NCBI GenBank assembly: GCA_910592345.1
Contig: CAJVPI010000092.1
Coordinates: forward strand, 1 to 55,946
DNA: 55,946 nt
Direction of reading: 5' to 3'
DNA from: Paraglomus brasilianum
Taxonomy: Eukaryota
Positions 53,219 through 55,946 of this stretch are shown piece after piece. How positions within the stretch are numbered: position 1 is the stretch's first letter; each line of letters opens with the position of its first letter. The notes under the pieces were generated by a model. It was not told where the DNA came from. It saw only the letters and a program-made list of their open reading frames with translations, and did not search any database. Both the position numbers and the translations under genes were made by a program.

Positions 53219-53738
53219 TTTTGGGATTATGGATACATAATATTATATTCCCTTGTTTTATTTTATTTCCTGTGTACTATATATTCTATTTTTTGTTCAT
53301 GTCCGAATTATATAGACAACGGAATGTTTATACACATTGTAAAAAATATCAAGTTATATATTGACAATGACTGATATTATCAATGCTTCAAAACTTCATC
53401 TCTTTATTGATAATGAATTATGTAATACATAATATATTTCTTTTTCACGCGAACTTGGCGGAATAGTTTATTTTCTTTTGGCCTGATTTGGCCCGAACAG
53501 CGTTTTGGCGTCAACTTAATTATCATTACAAGATTAATTTCATCCTTCGTTCCGAATTAACCTCTGCGATAAGCGATCGTACAAGAAATAAGTGGAAATT
53601 CTACCCAATTATACAAGTACGCATAAGACTACTATCTTTGTTGACTCTTATTGCCAAGTTTCTGGTTCTTTAGCAATAAACGATGGTTCACGCAATCAAG
53701 ACGCATGTTGTTAGATCAATATGAACGGAGTGGTCACA

Positions 53739-54854
53739 TCAATCTATTCTCAACCGATCCTCAAGTTCCTGTCTCGTTGTCTCAATCAACTTGTCTTCCT
53801 CTTCTTTAGACGCGTTATACCTTAATACATTATCTTGATTAAACGGATTCTCGGGAGATCTCTATCGAAAGATAATGAAAAAGTTTAATGCATATTCAAA
53901 CGCCAACAAACTAATCGACAATAAACGCACTGACCTGGAAATTCTTGTACAGCATATCTCGTAATTGTGTACGTCGTAAGCCAGGATACTCTTTTCTGAG
54001 ATTTGGCATTTCACGCTCCTCATAGGCAGCAAGAGCAGCCTAACGAATCACATAGCAAGATTCACAGTTAATAATCAGGCAAAAGTAACAAGGCCGCCTT
54101 ATCAAAATAAAATACCTTAAAACGTCTCTCCGGATGCCGGTCTATAACAGTAGATGCAGCAAGACTGCTTCCAGACCCTGTTGAACTTCCAGCAGGAATC
54201 GAAGACTCTGTAGCTAGAGACAACAGATCTAAGGCATCATCAATGTTCGAGGCGGCGAATGTCGGAATTTCTCGTCTTTCGTTAGAAATAGTCTCTACTC
54301 TCTGCGCCCTTCTTGCTGCCATTTTCTATTTTAATAGATTCATATAATCAGTAAGCCTATGCATTAATTGACGGGGGAAAAAATATCAGGCAGCGATCTA
54401 AACATTCTCCACTCCTAACCTCCTCTCCAGAAACCCTCGTAGGCCTTAGTAAAGGTCTGTTCCTTGAAAGATCCTTTTCTTCCTGTTCCAACAATCTTGC
54501 CGCTTCCGCTTTCTTAGCTAGTTGAGTTTCCTGTTTACAAATCATGATCAGATAACAGCCCAAGAAATCAACAAGATTACTGCAAGCGAAAGCATACAAT
54601 ACCTTTTTGGCCCTTTCGAGATCTCTTTTCGACGTACCCTTCGAGCCTACTGCCCATTCCGCTGCCTCCTGGCGCTCCTTCTCTGCTGATCTCTTCGCAT
54701 TTACTTCCGCCCGATGAGCAGCTTTTCGCTCGTTGGCTTTGGTAACTAATTGAAAATGCAAGAAATTGTTAACAACACGAATGGAAAATCGTTGTTCGGC
54801 AAAAGATCAAAGAAAGCTACCCCTAGTATTTTCCCCTTTGAATCTCTTCGGCAT
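53739..54854 (-). CDS. CCDC124: CCDC124/Lso2-family (DUF1014) protein, 6 exons
   Basis: MPKRFKGENTRVTKANERKA, ASNIDDALDLL, DRHPERRFK|AALAAYEEREMPNLRKEYPGLRRTQLRDMLYKNFQ|RSPENPFNQ. Confidence 0.9.
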
Positions 54855-55522
54855 TGCTAGTACTAGCTTACAAAGAATGAATTTATGGGGGCGCAGTGGT
54901 ATGTCATAAAGTCAACATATTTCACGTGATTGTGTTCAAGAATACAGGCAGAGTTTCAGTTGGGTACGACATTCTTTCAAAGAAAACAAAAAAAGAGGAG
55001 CTTTTTTGTTGCGATGATTTGACAGTGACATTTCTGCGTTGAAAAAGCATTTACACCTGACTGTTACACGAGATTGAAATCAGGAGATGTTACATTAATA
55101 TTAATACTAATAATTAATATATTAACGCCAAAGTAACCTAAAATAGCAATATATTGTTAACGCATAAGCATGTGTTAAATCTCTAGTATTGTTCAGCACG
55201 CGTATTTGCAATTTTCGAACATTCCAGAATAAACCACAATTTTCGTACTACAAGTCTACTTTCACATTTTTATGCGCGTAGGCTCCATAAGATTGCATGT
55301 ATTATGCGTGTTTTCGGTTCCGCCATTCAAATACCGACAACCATAAACATATTTAAAGACATTATCCCCAAACTCTTTAACCATTGCAATATTTTGCTCA
55401 TTTGAAAATCAAAATCGTAAATACATAATCTCATCCCTCAATGCTAACACCACCACCGCTGCCGCCAAAACCGCCACCAAAAAAGGGTTCAACAAAAGGA
55501 GGTCCTCAGCTCCCCAACCTAC

Positions 55523-55766
55523 GGACAGATTACAGATTTCCGACAACGTTATCCAGAACACAAAATCATCAGTGACATTAGTTCAGGGCTCAGGGGTTTT
55601 GTTACCCTTTTGGAACGAATATACCAATAATAGCGAATATGGAAAGCTCACAGAAGACCTTGCAATTGTCACAGTGTTTGTGGCGCGACATAATGGACTA
55701 CGTTCGGCCGCAAATCGCAGAAGGAGAAGAGAAGCCGCCCAAGAGGTTCAAGAAGGAAGTGAATAA
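55523..55766 (+). pseudogene. tnpA: IS607 TnpA serine-recombinase remnant (internally deleted and frameshifted)
   Basis: One frame gives GQITDFRQRYPEHKIISDISSGLRGFVTLLERIYQ* (cf. RQI..L...YP.H.II.DIGSGLN.KR.G...LL). After a frame change: KLTEDLAIVTVFVARHNGLRSAANRRRR (cf. ELVEDL..I.TVFSARLYG.RS). The MerR-HTH, YARVSS and HRDRL.RF segments are not recognisable. Confidence 0.8.
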
Positions 55767-55946
55767 ACCTTCAGCAGGCAAGGCCCGACGTATCCGCATT
55801 TATCCCAACCAGCAGGAGCGGCTGAAACTCAGTAAATGGATGGGAACAGCACGATGGACATACAATCGATGCCTTACCGCGGTCGAAAAAGAAAGCATCA
55901 AACGATCAAAGAAGGATCTACGCGCACGATGTCTCAATGCCACAAA
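55639..55946 (+). CDS. tnpB: TnpB/Fanzor2-like putative RNA-guided endonuclease, N-terminal part (runs off the window)
   Basis: Open frame MESSQKTLQLSQCLWRDIMDYVRPQIAEGEEKPPKRFKKEVNKPSAGKARRIRIYPNQQERLKLSKWMGTARWTYNRCLTAVEKESIKRSKKDLRARCLNAT. RIRIYP.....L..W.G.ARW.YN is the TnpB (HTH_OrfB_IS605) N-terminal signature. Absent from the ORF track because no stop codon is reached. Confidence 0.82.
   Translation, partial: MESSQKTLQLSQCLWRDIMDYVRPQIAEGEEKPPKRFKKEVNKPSAGKARRIRIYPNQQERLKLSKWMGTARWTYNRCLTAVEKESIKRSKKDLRARCLNAT

Larger units (their letters stand above)
55441..55946 (+). mobile_element. IS607-type (TnpA serine recombinase + TnpB/Fanzor2) element, truncated by the window end; left boundary uncertain
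   Basis: TnpA fragments plus an overlapping TnpB-type N-terminus (see next two features). GC content is higher than the upstream flank and no introns are seen. Confidence 0.8.

Noticed and set aside
55572..55766. 64-aa ORF as a standalone gene
   Set aside because: It is a chimera across the inferred deletion: nuclease N-extension frame joined to the TnpA C-terminus.
1..55946. tRNA, rRNA or snRNA genes
   Set aside because: None recognised by eye. tRNAscan-SE and Rfam scans would be needed to exclude them.

Overview
Eukaryotic, intron-rich, AT-rich fungal DNA. It is probably Mucoromycota, plausibly an arbuscular mycorrhizal Glomeromycotina-type genome (inferred from gene families and CpG decay, not proven). 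Bases 1-11.3 kb are an accessory/TE region: a small secreted repeat-peptide precursor (5x YPIA), pogo/Tigger transposase and MITE remnants, decayed PD-(D/E)xK-like lineage-specific genes, and two sharply bounded CpG-free tracts. Bases 12-27 kb hold housekeeping genes: ZNF207/BuGZ, UGO1, APE1-type AP endonuclease, STM1/SERBP1, a BRCC36-like MPN pseudo-enzyme and an ATF1-type bZIP. Bases 27-43 kb are gene-poor, with a CipC/DUF3759-like gene, a small bHLH-like orphan and a MITE. Bases 43-55 kb contain a conserved coiled-coil protein, dynamitin, Raptor/KOG1 and CCDC124/LSO2. The last ~500 bp hold an IS607-type element: a degenerate serine-recombinase TnpA overlapped in the +1 frame by the start of a TnpB/Fanzor2-like putative RNA-guided nuclease with an NLS-like motif, truncated by the window edge. 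The best leads are this IS607-Fanzor2 element and the YPIA repeat precursor, whose Tyr-x-Ile core resembles dikaritin RiPP cores. All family calls come from motif recognition by eye; no database searches were run. Exon boundaries were read manually.
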